A DNA stretch of 64,000 bases from Amoebophrya sp. A120. Its lineage: Eukaryota; Protista; Dinoflagellata. Positions 13,101 to 21,717 of the stretch are shown here, one piece after another; within the stretch, counting starts at the first letter, position 1; each line of letters starts with the position of its first letter. The stretch covers positions 75,519 to 139,518 of the forward strand of contig CAJINV010000024.1 of the NCBI GenBank assembly GCA_905178155.1, written 5' to 3'. A program made the translations under genes and the position numbers. The notes under the pieces are model-generated. The model did not search any database, had not been told where the DNA came from, and worked only from the letters and a program-made list of their open reading frames with translations.

Positions 13101-16036
13101 TTGGTGTACGCAAATCCAGCGTGAGAAACTTCGTTTTGATATGGGGAGGGGGATTTTTCATTCTGATAGCTTGGCGGTGCTGCTGCTACTGCTGCTCGTC
13201 TTTGGCGAAGGGACAACGGGAGGTGCTGCGCCAGTTGTAGTACTAGTGGTCCCCGCACCTCCTCCGTTCACTGCTGCCGCCGCCGCCGCGCGGGATTTCT
13301 CCCCCGCGGCTATCATCGCCCGCAGATCCGTATGAATTGCAAATATGTCTGGGTCTGGAAGGATGCAGCTTGTGATGCTGCGTCTGAATTCTACAAAAAT
13401 CTGTATTGCATGAACAGCAAATAAAGACTTCCAGTTTTTGCCAGGGCGAGAGGGCATATCTCATGCGATATAGGCATCAGCAAGCCCTCACAAAATCTGT
13501 CATGCTAGGGCATGCATCACAGACATTAAGAGTCATGCAGACTGTGCATGACAAACCTTGCATCCTTCCAGACCCAGACATTTTTGCAATTCATAATCCG
13601 GGGAACCGAGGTCCTCCGTGAGCACCGTCATCTTTTTTCTTTTTCCGTGAATCACGGGCGTTGCGTATCCTGTGTAAAAACGCCCCCACCCGCCCATAGT
13701 CAAGTTGGTAAATCTGCAACACAAATCTCCAAGTTTTGGGAGTTTTGCATGACAAGTTTCCATCTGTAGCGTAGGGCTGTTTAACGAGGGCAGCCGCATG
13801 AGAAACCGAGCTTCTCATCCTGTTTACGGCATTACAAAGTCCAAAACACGATTGGAAATGCCTCTCATGGAGATGTGCATTACAAATCTTCTTGTCATTT
13901 TACATCTGCATGACAACTACGGGGTGGGGACGTTTTTACTCAGGATATTGCGTCCCCGTCTTCGCTTTCCTCCGGCCAATGCTCGCTTGGTGGCGTGAGG
14001 AAAAGGAGTCTTGTCACGAGGGACCGCATATGGATTGCAAAAATGTCTGGGTCTGGAAGGTTGGAACTTAACATGCTAGATCTAAATGATGCAAAAATCT
14101 GTGTTGCGTGAGTGCCAAAAGCTGTCCGCTTTTGACCAAGTTGAGAGGGGGTTTCTCATGCAGGAAAGGCATGATAGAGCCCTCAAAGGATCTGTCATGC
14201 TGAGTCTCGCATTCCAGACCTCATGGGTCATGGAAACCCTGCATCACAAATCTTGCATTCTTCCAGACCCAGACATTTTTACATTTGATACCGCAGCTTG
14301 CCCTCGTCATCCAGGTCCGCGAAGTACTGAATGTCATCATCCACGTGCGTTTCCACGTATGCAATGCAAAAGCATCGTACAACTCGTAGTAATCGCAGTT
14401 TTATGCATTACAAATCTCCATCAAAAGGTAAAACAGCATGACAAATCCTATTTCTCATGCTGAGCAAATTTGTAATCGTAATGCAATTCATACTAGATGA
14501 ACTAGTGCGATGCTTTTGCAATGCATACCACGGGTCTCCCGCGCTCCTCGGGGCTCGGACCTTCCGGCATCGTCAGCTCGTGGTACACGGCCCGCGGCCA
14601 CTCCTGAATGTCACCGCTCAAGCATTTGTCGCAGAAGTCGTCGTCGTACGCACAGCTTTGCACCTCCTCAAACATTTCGTTCTCGGCGACCAGGCCCATT
14701 TCTTCCACTGGGTCAGCATGTGTATCATCTACCACGTGCATGACTGCCTCGCCTTTGTGGTCAGCAGACTTCGCACCATCCGTGTTCATCGTAGTGCCAC
14801 TACGGTAAGAACCACTGCCATCTCCACCCAGTACTAACGCCCGGATTTGCTTGACCGCAGAACAATAGTCGTACAGCTTCCTACATCGTACGAAAAAAGA
14901 GTTTCACTGTAAGGATTTTGCAAGTTTTACGTCACAAGTTCGTTACATATGACCAAGAAAACTTGCCATGCGTGCTTCCTAAGGCAAAACACGTTGAAAA
15001 GCCCAGCGTCTTGCATGTGTAGCAAGACAAATAGTTGTGTGCTCCATTCTATGCGTCACAAGTTCACAGTGAAACAGTTTTTTCGTGCGATATCCTATCT
15101 GCCACTTCGTTGTTCACCATGGCCAGCCGTTGCATCTCCCGCATGAGAAGCTCCCTTTGCTCCACCCGGCGGCACCGGCCGTTCAGGAGCAGTAGCATCA
15201 GCTTCACGCAGATCTCGTGCCGGTCAAAGATGGCCGCGCCGCATCTGGGAGGGAGGAATGTATTTAAAGTATCCTCGAGATTATATGAATTTAGAAGTTG
15301 TTATACCGGTAGTTGTACGCTTGCAGTCTCGCTGACAAAGCGCGCTCGCCATGAGCAAAGTTGTGCATCATGACAAAGCGAAATTGATGATATAAACAAA
15401 ATTTATAGTAGTACTTGGGTTCCCGGGGGATGCACTTGAACATGTTCGGAAAGATGTCGTCTCTCAACTCCTTAAACAGCTGCCGGATCGTATCCTGAGC
15501 AAAAAAAAAGTCCCCACCCCAGAGTCAAGTGGGTAAATCTGCAACACAAATCTCCAAGTTTTGGGACTTATGCATGACAAGTTTTCATCCGTACAGTAGT
15601 GCTGTTTAGCAAGGACAGCCGCATCACAAAGACAGTTCTGCTCATCCTGTTTACAGCATTATATATAAACACCAGAACACGACTATAAATGCCTCTCTTG
15701 CGGATGTGCATTACAGATTTTTCTGTAGATGCAAATTTGCATGACAACTATGGGGTGGGGACGTTTTTCCATGGGATAGATCGTTTTCCGCAGGGGGCAA
15801 AAGAGTTGGAAGTCCTGCGTGAATTCGGCCCCGATGTACTCCCCGGTCGCCAGTAGCTGCAAGTTTGTGTGCGTGTGCATGTTATCCAGGTTTTCGTCTT
15901 TTAAAGCGATGCTCGGGAGTTTTGGCGGCTCGCAGTACGGGGAGTCGCGTTTTCCGCATTGCCGGTAGTACGCCGGGAGAATGTAGTGACCGGTAGTTGT
16001 TGGTGTACTACCGGTCGAGAGGAGTGCGGCGGACAT
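1116..16036 (-). CDS. Copy A: 26-exon gene, ~1270 aa, putative MED7-MED21-MED31 Mediator middle-module fusion protein with low-complexity/basic C-terminal tail
   Basis: ATG at 16034-16036 (MSAALLSTG), TGA at 1116-1118 (SGRKR*). Excising each of 25 introners plus one TSD keeps the frame at the junctions I checked; A24 boundaries are unresolved. MED31-like: VQRFTWESQFLQSLLNPRYLQHVVKRHVDDPDFRWFLRYLLYFRNPTYKIFLDYPVAVELLEILL. MED21-like: SVISNMVDQLNRINSLVLENAKRL...AEKCKQDAGQVAEIMDDFEY. MED7-like: LPAYYRQC...EPPKLP...MLLLLNGRCRRVEQRELLMREMQR. Confidence 0.8.
1249..1462. mobile_element. Introner A1 (family 3, ~210 bp), shared with B2
   Basis: TATCGCGAGAAAAAGG...ATCCTGTGATA, TSD CTTTC/CTTTC. Confidence 0.9.
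1552..1803. mobile_element. Introner A2 (family 1), A-specific
   Basis: TIR TATCAAATGCAAAAATGTCTGGGTCTGG, TSD TCTTC; empty site in B at ~47950. Confidence 0.95.
1845..2107. mobile_element. Introner A3 (family 1), A-specific
   Basis: Family 1 TIR, TSD TCAAG; empty site in B at ~47990. Confidence 0.95.
2852..2998. mobile_element. Introner A4 (family 2, ~150 bp), shared with B4
   Basis: TIR TATCCAGTGCAAAAGTATCGTACT, degenerate TSD CGAGG/CTGGT. Confidence 0.85.
3051..3265. mobile_element. Introner A5 (family 3), A-specific
   Basis: TSD TTTCC; empty site in B at ~51172. Confidence 0.9.
3311..3462. mobile_element. Introner A6 (family 2), A-specific
   Basis: TSD CGGCC/CGGCT; B has uninterrupted CGGCT at ~51211. 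Confidence 0.92.
3523..3775. mobile_element. Introner A7 (family 1), A-specific
   Basis: TSD CCCAG; empty site in B at ~52255. Confidence 0.93.
3943..4237. mobile_element. Introner A8 (family 1), A-specific
   Basis: TSD TCTGT/TCTTT; empty site in B at ~52415. Confidence 0.9.
4380..4629. mobile_element. Introner A9 (family 1), A-specific
   Basis: TSD ACCGT; empty site in B at ~52552. Confidence 0.92.
4814..8984. mobile_element. Introner A10 (family 1) expanded to 4.2 kb by a nested retrotransposon; shared with B8
   Basis: Family 1 ends at 4814 and 8984, TSD AGATC; the internal introner sequence is split at CCAAGTT. Confidence 0.9.
4928..8829 (-). mobile_element. Degenerate non-LTR retrotransposon, probably RLE (restriction-like endonuclease) clade, nested in A10
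   Basis: 7-bp TSD CCAAGTT (4921-4927, 8830-8836); short TAC/CTA-type tail at the 3' end; GC-rich frameshifted minus-strand ORFs with RESRMGLGL (GGLG-like) and RRLVLDVAV...WLTFTAIVADYGG (RLE-like); no intact RT recognised. Confidence 0.6.
9088..9443. mobile_element. Introner A11 (family 4, ~320-356 bp)
   Basis: TATCAAAATTAAAAATCGCCCC...GGGGGGATTTTTCCTCGCAATA, TSD AGTTC; splits the MED31-like domain. Confidence 0.9.
9483..9692. mobile_element. Introner A12 (family 3)
   Basis: TSD TGTAA/TGTAT; excision gives RNPTYKIFLDYP. Confidence 0.9.
9844..11173. mobile_element. Introner A13 (family 3) expanded to 1.3 kb by a nested insertion
   Basis: TIR TATCGTGAGAAAAAACTGCTTCACTGTG / CACAGTGAAACACTTTTTTCGTACGATA, TSD TCGCT/TTGCT; excision joins KLPYS to (D/N)VQRFTWES in frame. 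Confidence 0.85.
10018..11123. mobile_element. 1.1-kb non-coding insertion nested in A13
   Basis: Perfect 15-bp TSD GATGCAGATCTTGCA at 10003-10017 and 11124-11138; internal GGGTGCGGCCC repeats. Confidence 0.8.
11603..11854. mobile_element. Introner A14 (family 3-like ends); the same site in B holds a family 1 element
   Basis: CATCGCAAGGAAAAAGTG...TTCTTCGCACGATA, TSD AGTAC. Confidence 0.88.
11895..12146. mobile_element. Introner A15 (family 1), A-specific
   Basis: TSD CCCAC/CCCGC; empty site in B at ~59095. Confidence 0.9.
12205..12466. mobile_element. Introner A16 (family 1), A-specific
   Basis: TSD CAGTT; empty site in B at ~59150. Confidence 0.9.
12537..12702. mobile_element. Introner A17 (family 2), A-specific
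   Basis: TSD GGTTC; empty site in B at ~59215. Confidence 0.9.
12849..13168. mobile_element. Introner A18 (family 4), A-specific
   Basis: TIR TATCAAAAGGAAAAATCCCCCCTCCCCATAT, TSD GCTTG; empty site in B at ~59680. Confidence 0.92.
13331..13595. mobile_element. Introner A19 (family 1), A-specific
   Basis: TSD ATCCG; empty site in B at ~60044. Confidence 0.93.
13666..13947. mobile_element. Introner A20 (family 5, ~285 bp), A-specific
   Basis: TIR TATCCTG(T/A)GTAAAAACG(C/T)CCCCACCC, TSD TTGCG; empty site in B at ~60109. Confidence 0.93.
14029..14290. mobile_element. Introner A21 (family 1), A-specific
   Basis: TSD CCGCA; empty site in B at ~60402. Confidence 0.93.
14358..14527. mobile_element. 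Introner A22 (family 2), shared with B15
   Basis: TIR TATGCA(A/T)TGCAAAAGCATCG, TSD CCACG. Confidence 0.92.
14884..15092. mobile_element. Introner A23 (family 3), A-specific
   Basis: TSD TCCTA; empty site in B at ~60985. Confidence 0.9.
15261..15410. other. Intron A24, decayed introner-like, shared with B17 (boundaries approximate)
   Basis: Interrupts CIPREPK..TFLP; retains CATGACAAA motifs but no clean TIR or TSD. Confidence 0.6.
15491..15778. mobile_element. Introner A25 (family 5), shared with B18
   Basis: TSD GATCG; excision gives LRKTIRQLFKE. Confidence 0.92.
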
Positions 16037-16612
16037 GGTGATCACGGGGTTCGGGTTTTGGCTTAGTTGGTTTCTATACAATTCCTCTTCGTTCTTGTAA
16101 AAATTTGAAATTTCTACCAACTACGGAAGGAGTGTAAGTTCTAGGTGTGAGATCGACATGATTTCACGAAGTAGATGTTGTAAGTGCTTCTAAGTTCGTC
16201 CGTAGAATAGATTGGCGCCGCTGTGGAAGATAGTAGAGTAGGAGTAGAAGAGAAGTGCCAAAATCTATCGACATTATATTATAATCTTCAATGAAGGAGC
16301 CAAAGTTGCTTTGTTTGCATTTCAATTTCTGTCGTCGTAGCAAGAATCTTGGTCTATGTTGGAGTGTGTATTGGAAATCCAAGGTGTAGCTTCGTCGTCC
16401 AACAACGAGATACTTCCTAGCGCGACTGCCTCGAAGTCCAATCGAAACCTAGTCTCGATTTGCGTATTGTACTGCGTTAACCTGCATTTTCCATCTGGTC
16501 GCCCATGCGTTAAATCAATACATTCCCATCACTATCATCGTACTTTACAGAGTTACAACAAGACTCAGATCGCACTGATCATCACTCGCTCCTTCTGGTG
16601 CCTGACGGATCC

Positions 16613-19600
16613 CTATTGGGTCCTGTGCTGGATAAGAATGATCAGAACGACAGGGAGTAGCAGCACTTTTACCCCGGTTTGACGAAAACCGGAAAGAAAG
16701 CGTCGCCATCGACATATCTCTGAAAGAGGAAGACCTCGTCCTTCAAACGCGAAACTCAACGACAGGTGGAACAAGTAGCCGCTCCTCGCCTTTCCGATCT
16801 TCCGGAAGTTCAAGCTGGGAGGTGGCAGGTGCTCGGCTACCGGGGCTGTTGATGTTGCCCCACCTTGCCTCGCCGTAGCGGGTTGTCACTCTTGATCATG
16901 GAAACTGAAATCGTACATACCACACGAACTAGGTTCTTCACTGCCGGAGGACATTGCTCAGCACTTCCTTCTGAACAAAAACGGAGCTGTCTTTAGATTT
17001 GTAGCATAAGTGTTAGCCTTGGTTATTGACCAGTTCCATTGCGCCGGCAAGACTATACCACGACGGAAACCTACATCTACAAAGGCGCACTCTGCTAAAA
17101 AAATCGGATATTTTTCATCGTGCATTCCATATCGTATTCAAGCCTGTACCCCACATCAGCTTTGTTCCTGAGACTCGCTTCCGCTGTAGATTTTGGAAGG
17201 ATAAAAGACCAGATAGCTTTTCGGACTGTTAGTGAGCCTTTTCGGCACAAGTGGCGCGCGTTTATCGAGAAGCTTCTCGTATGATCCACGATCTCGCAGG
17301 CGCTGTGCATGGAAGCTTCGCCAGTCCCACTGAAGTTGGTCGTACGACCAACGGAGCCCTACACCATCGGAGCCACTCCGCCACTTCTTTGCAAATTTCC
17401 GAAACATTTTTCGGAAAAATGGGTACCAGTTTTCGTCTAGCGGTTCCCTTCTAACTGGCGTTACCCAGAGACGTGGGTCGGTAGCATTTATCAATTCTGG
17501 GTTCAGGCAGTAACCTGTATTGTTTATGGATATGTTGCCCTTCGAATTAGTTTTAGACACAAATAAAGGTCTACCTCGTCGAGGTAGACCAGTCGAACAA
17601 GAATAGCACGGCTCGCACCATCGCTCGGCCAGGTGCTCACGCCACAGCGATTCAGAACCAAAACGAAGCCAGGCATAGTCGGAGAGGAGGAGCAAATAAG
17701 ATAAGCCTCAAGGGGAAGGGTTGGGTACACAGGATAGCTAGTTTCACATGGGAATATGTGCGCGGCCTGCTGTAGTGTGGGTATATCGATATCCACGTAC
17801 GTCCAGTAGGCAGCCGTAACGGACACATTCCCATCACTCAACGAAGACACACGCATTTATCGACTTACCGTGCTTCACCGGAAATGGCAGCGAGTTGTAC
17901 ACAAGATCATAGTTCTGAAACAGAAACTCCGTTGCCATAGCCACACGGCACCTTCGATCCAAAATCAACGGATTTGGATTCCGCGCCATGTTCACTTTCC
18001 TAGCGAAGTCAGACGGAGAAACAGGGAGGCCTTCCGACGCCTTCCAGCTCTTCCTGTAAAAAGCGTGCGCGACCGGTGGGTTCCAAACTACCACATGTCG
18101 CACCGAAACAGCTGCAGTCTGAGTTTTTTTGCTTCTATCCACCGTTGCACTTCGGGTCGCAGATGATTCTTCGTGGAAAAAATCCAGAACCTCGCGAAAA
18201 AATGCCTTGTCGCTTTTGTGGCACCCTTTTCGAAGCTTGTCCGAGTCGTAGGTCGGCAAGATGGAAAAGCCCACACTGCCTGCAGTTTCGTACAACGTGG
18301 CCGGATTGCACGTCTCCCTAACCATGGTCATCAGAAATCGTACCTGAAACAGAAGGTTAGAGTTGAAATTTTACAGATGCATAGATAGTATCTATTCAAA
18401 GGGCAAGCGCTAGTAACGCACAGGCAGTGGCAGCCAGTGAAGTGAGTCTGAGTGCATTGCCGACACGATCGCACCACCTTCGCCTTGCGTTGAGAATAAT
18501 CGCGCGCAAGTGGCAACGGCAGGCGAGCGAAAAAAAACGGAGCTGAAGGGAAACATATCAATAAATGTGCTGGCTCTACAAAAGGGCAGTACACTCCAAT
18601 CCGTAGCGGCCGCAGAAGTTCGTTTGCCACCCTCTGCTCGAGATACTTCAACTTCAGATTGGTATTTTTGTAAATAATCCCTGCCCAAGTCCACAGTGTC
18701 GCTCCAATAGTCAATAGGCATTTTTGTGCCCAATCGCTCCCGCAAAACCTCTATGTAGAGGTCTTCACAGCTATCCGTTCGGTCTTCTAGTGCTCTACCC
18801 AGAGTCTTCTGGGCGCGGGCGGCGGCAGCAAGTTGCGCACCGGTTGCGTCTGCTTCCGAATTCGGCTTGGCAGTTCCCAACAATGCAGCTGCGTCCCCAG
18901 CGGATAAGAAGCTCAAAATGCCGTTCTGCTCATTCAAAAAACCCGTTGGTCCAGAGAGAAGTAGCCCCGGCTGTACGCGTTTGATATCGGTCAAAAGATC
19001 CCTACGCACTTCCGGTACGGCAACGGGTTGCTCCATTCTGACGGGCCTGTCCTCCCGTTGTAAGGCCTCTACCTGCATTCCAGCGTAATTTTGTTTTTCC
19101 TTCGGTAATGAATCGGCTCTGTTCAGCTTTATCTTCACCCCCGCCCGGCTTCCTACGTTAGCAGCACGGCTTGCCGACTCGCTGTCGCTCTCTTGCCCCG
19201 TCCGGATCTCCGTGCCTCCACTCGTAGTCCCTCTTGACGAGGCGCCATCGCTTCCGAATGTCGAAACGAAATCTCCACGCTGGGTACCTGGCGGCGGGCC
19301 CGGTATCATCCGAATAAAGCTGTCACCGGTGGAAGCCTGAATCGCAATATTTTTCGCGCCCCTGCGATAAGATGTGCCCGTTCTGTCCTCGACAATGCCC
19401 TCGTCGATCGCTTGGTCGGGCTCCGGGCGACGTTGCTCTCGCAGTCCATCCTCTTTTTGCAGCTCACTCGGCTGTGGCGTTCGTCGTCGCCCTCCTGCAG
19501 AAATATTTGGGCTTGTAGAAGATATCGCCGCCCCTCGCCCTCGGTCCTGCTGCGGCCTCAAGCGCCCGGCGCAGGTTTTTCTCAGTACGTGTCGCACTGT

Positions 19601-19786
19601 TTGAACCAGGCGGGCTCTTGTAGAACAAATTTCAACTTTCTCAGCAGCAGATGGAGCTGGAACAGCTGTATCGGACGTTTCGGAAGCTGCAGCCGCTGCT
19701 CGTACTCCTCTACTCTTTGTACTAGCGTGGGAAAGGGAAAACCAAGAGAACAGCAAGAACTGCTGCAGGTGTTGACGATGCCGCAT
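16613..19786 (-). CDS. Multi-exon gene, lineage-specific probably secreted protein family, member 1 (3' end approximate)
   Basis: N-terminal hydrophobic stretch MRHRQHLQQFLLFSWFSLSHA. Exons with SCEDLYIEVLRER, VRETCNPATLYET...KSDKAFFREVLDFF and GYCLNP...WYPFFRKMFR...QWDWRSFHA are conserved in members 2 and 3. Ordinary AT-rich introns (e.g. TTTCAG acceptor near 18342). Confidence 0.65.
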
Positions 19787-20059
19787 TGTGCTTTCGACAG
19801 TGTAACTTTTCCTTCTCCCACCTTCTCGTAGGCTGATGGGGAAGCAAGAACTCACTCGCGCTTCCTAGTGACGTAAGTACTCAGGGGCACCACTTCTACC
19901 GTGAAAAAAAACGCTCTAGTATCACAACATCAATCATACAATTTGTCTACTAGCCGCGAGAAATTAATGCGTCGGCGCCGCTGGTGGACAAGAAAAGGGG
20001 GTGATAAACAATGAAGGAGCTCATATCTCCTGTGGATACCTATACCAGAATCTTCAACA

Positions 20060-20640
20060 TCAAGTGAGATCGCACACTGCTCAGAGGTTGCACTTCTTAA
20101 TGAACGAGCCAAAGTTGCTTTGTTCGTATTGATTTCCATCTTTGTCTAACTTTGGTCTAATATTATGGCTGTGTGTGCATAATTAGAAATCCAAGACGAG
20201 GCTTCGTCATCCGAGAAACCTATATTAGTAATCTTTTGACCTGCTTATGTGTTAAAGTAATGCTGGATCCCATCACTTTGGTGTGGTCATCACACTTACA
20301 AGGCTTAGATCCGACTAACCATTTTTCAAGTAGTGGCCCCTTCTGGTGAGTGACAGGTCTCTACTGGGTACTGTGGATAATGATCAACAACACTTCTGCT
20401 CCGGTTAGACGAGAACTAAAAGGACGACGGACTTTTGAACAACAAAAACGTCTCCAGGCGTGAAACTCAACGACAGCTGGAACAAGCCGCTCCTCGCCTT
20501 TATTTCGATCACCCGGGAGTCCAAGCTGGGAGGCGGCAGGTGTTCGGCTACTGGGGCTTTTGACGTTGTCTTACCTTGCCTCGCAGTGGCGGGTTTTCAT
20601 GCTGCTCTTGGTCATGGAAATTGAAATCGTACATACCCTT
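20060..20640. repeat. Diverged direct repeat of ~16145-16920 (3' end of the secreted-family gene)
   Basis: Shared blocks GAGCCAAAGTTGCTTTGTT, AAACTCAACGACAG.TGGAACAAG, CAAGCTGGGAGG.GGCAGGTG, CATGGAAA.TGAAATCGTACATACC. Confidence 0.8.
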
Positions 20641-21717
20641 CGACCATTTGGGCGCCAACTACGCTCTTTCCACCTTTCAAAACAACAACAAGATCAGCTA
20701 TATGTGCTACTTGGTTTACCAAACTTCATATGTTCTTTTTTACTTTTGTTCGTTAACTTGTACTCTTAATCCACCTTTTTTACTTTTACTCAACTTTTAC
20801 TCTTTCAGGAGGAAAGAACTGCACCACCACGTGGATACAGTTGTACTGCTACATGTAAATCTTACAAATCTTCACTCTACAACGCTGGAGGTGTAGTGTC
20901 CTTGAAGTACAGACCTTTTCAGATGTGCCATAGTGCTTGATGCGAGTACTCCATGTATAAATAAGGTTGTGGCTACTTCTACTTGAAAAAAACATATTCT
21001 TTTCGTCGCAAAATCTTTCTGCTAGTCCCAAAAAATACGCCAGTCAAGGACTGGATCCCACCGTTTCCGTTCCACACAGCTTTTTTACATCAGTCGGCAT
21101 GGTGCTAGATCTCGTCGAACTAAGTACTCGTTTCAAACTTCAATAGGTAAACAGATACTTCTTCATCAGGTGCGGCGCGCGTGTCTCGGATGTCCCTCCC
21201 AGTAACAAAACAAGACAGCAATGGACATCATCTGGACAGCACTACTTTACTCGTTAAACCAAACGCACGGGATCACAGTCATATTTTCATACATCATATC
21301 AGCCCACTTCTACAGGTCTGATTTTGTTTTTGAGCCATAGTGGCGGCTTAAAATGTTGAAAAAGAGACAATACATAGCCCATCACTAAACCCAACCTAAG
21401 GACGAAGGCTTCACTGTGTGTCTCAAAAAATTTGAACTGATACTACTTCTTTACTGTAATGATCAGGCTACTTCTTACTTTACTGTAACTCGTCTGCTGC
21501 TTTACATACAGCAGTTCCTCTAGATGCACTTGCATTTCCAAGCAGGTTTGTTGCGCTGCGAGACTACGCGCAGCAACAACGAGACTCGCGCAAAGATCGT
21601 TCGTTAGCATTTTCCATACAGCCGAGAACTTTTCTTTTTAATACTCAAGTCGGAGCCCGACCTCATCAATCTTTCCGTCGTCTACTGCCACTCCTCACCA
21701 ATTCTTGAGCTCCTTCG

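Noticed and set aside
1450-14463. Many short ORFs with recurring peptides CKNVWVWK, FQTQTFL, MQKCLGLE, PDPDIF
   Set aside because: They are translations of family 1 introner TIRs in different frames, not a protein repeat family.
1552-15778. CRISPR-like regularly spaced repeats
   Set aside because: The repeats are paired inverted ends of 150-350 bp elements separated by coding exons; there is no constant spacer length and no cas genes.
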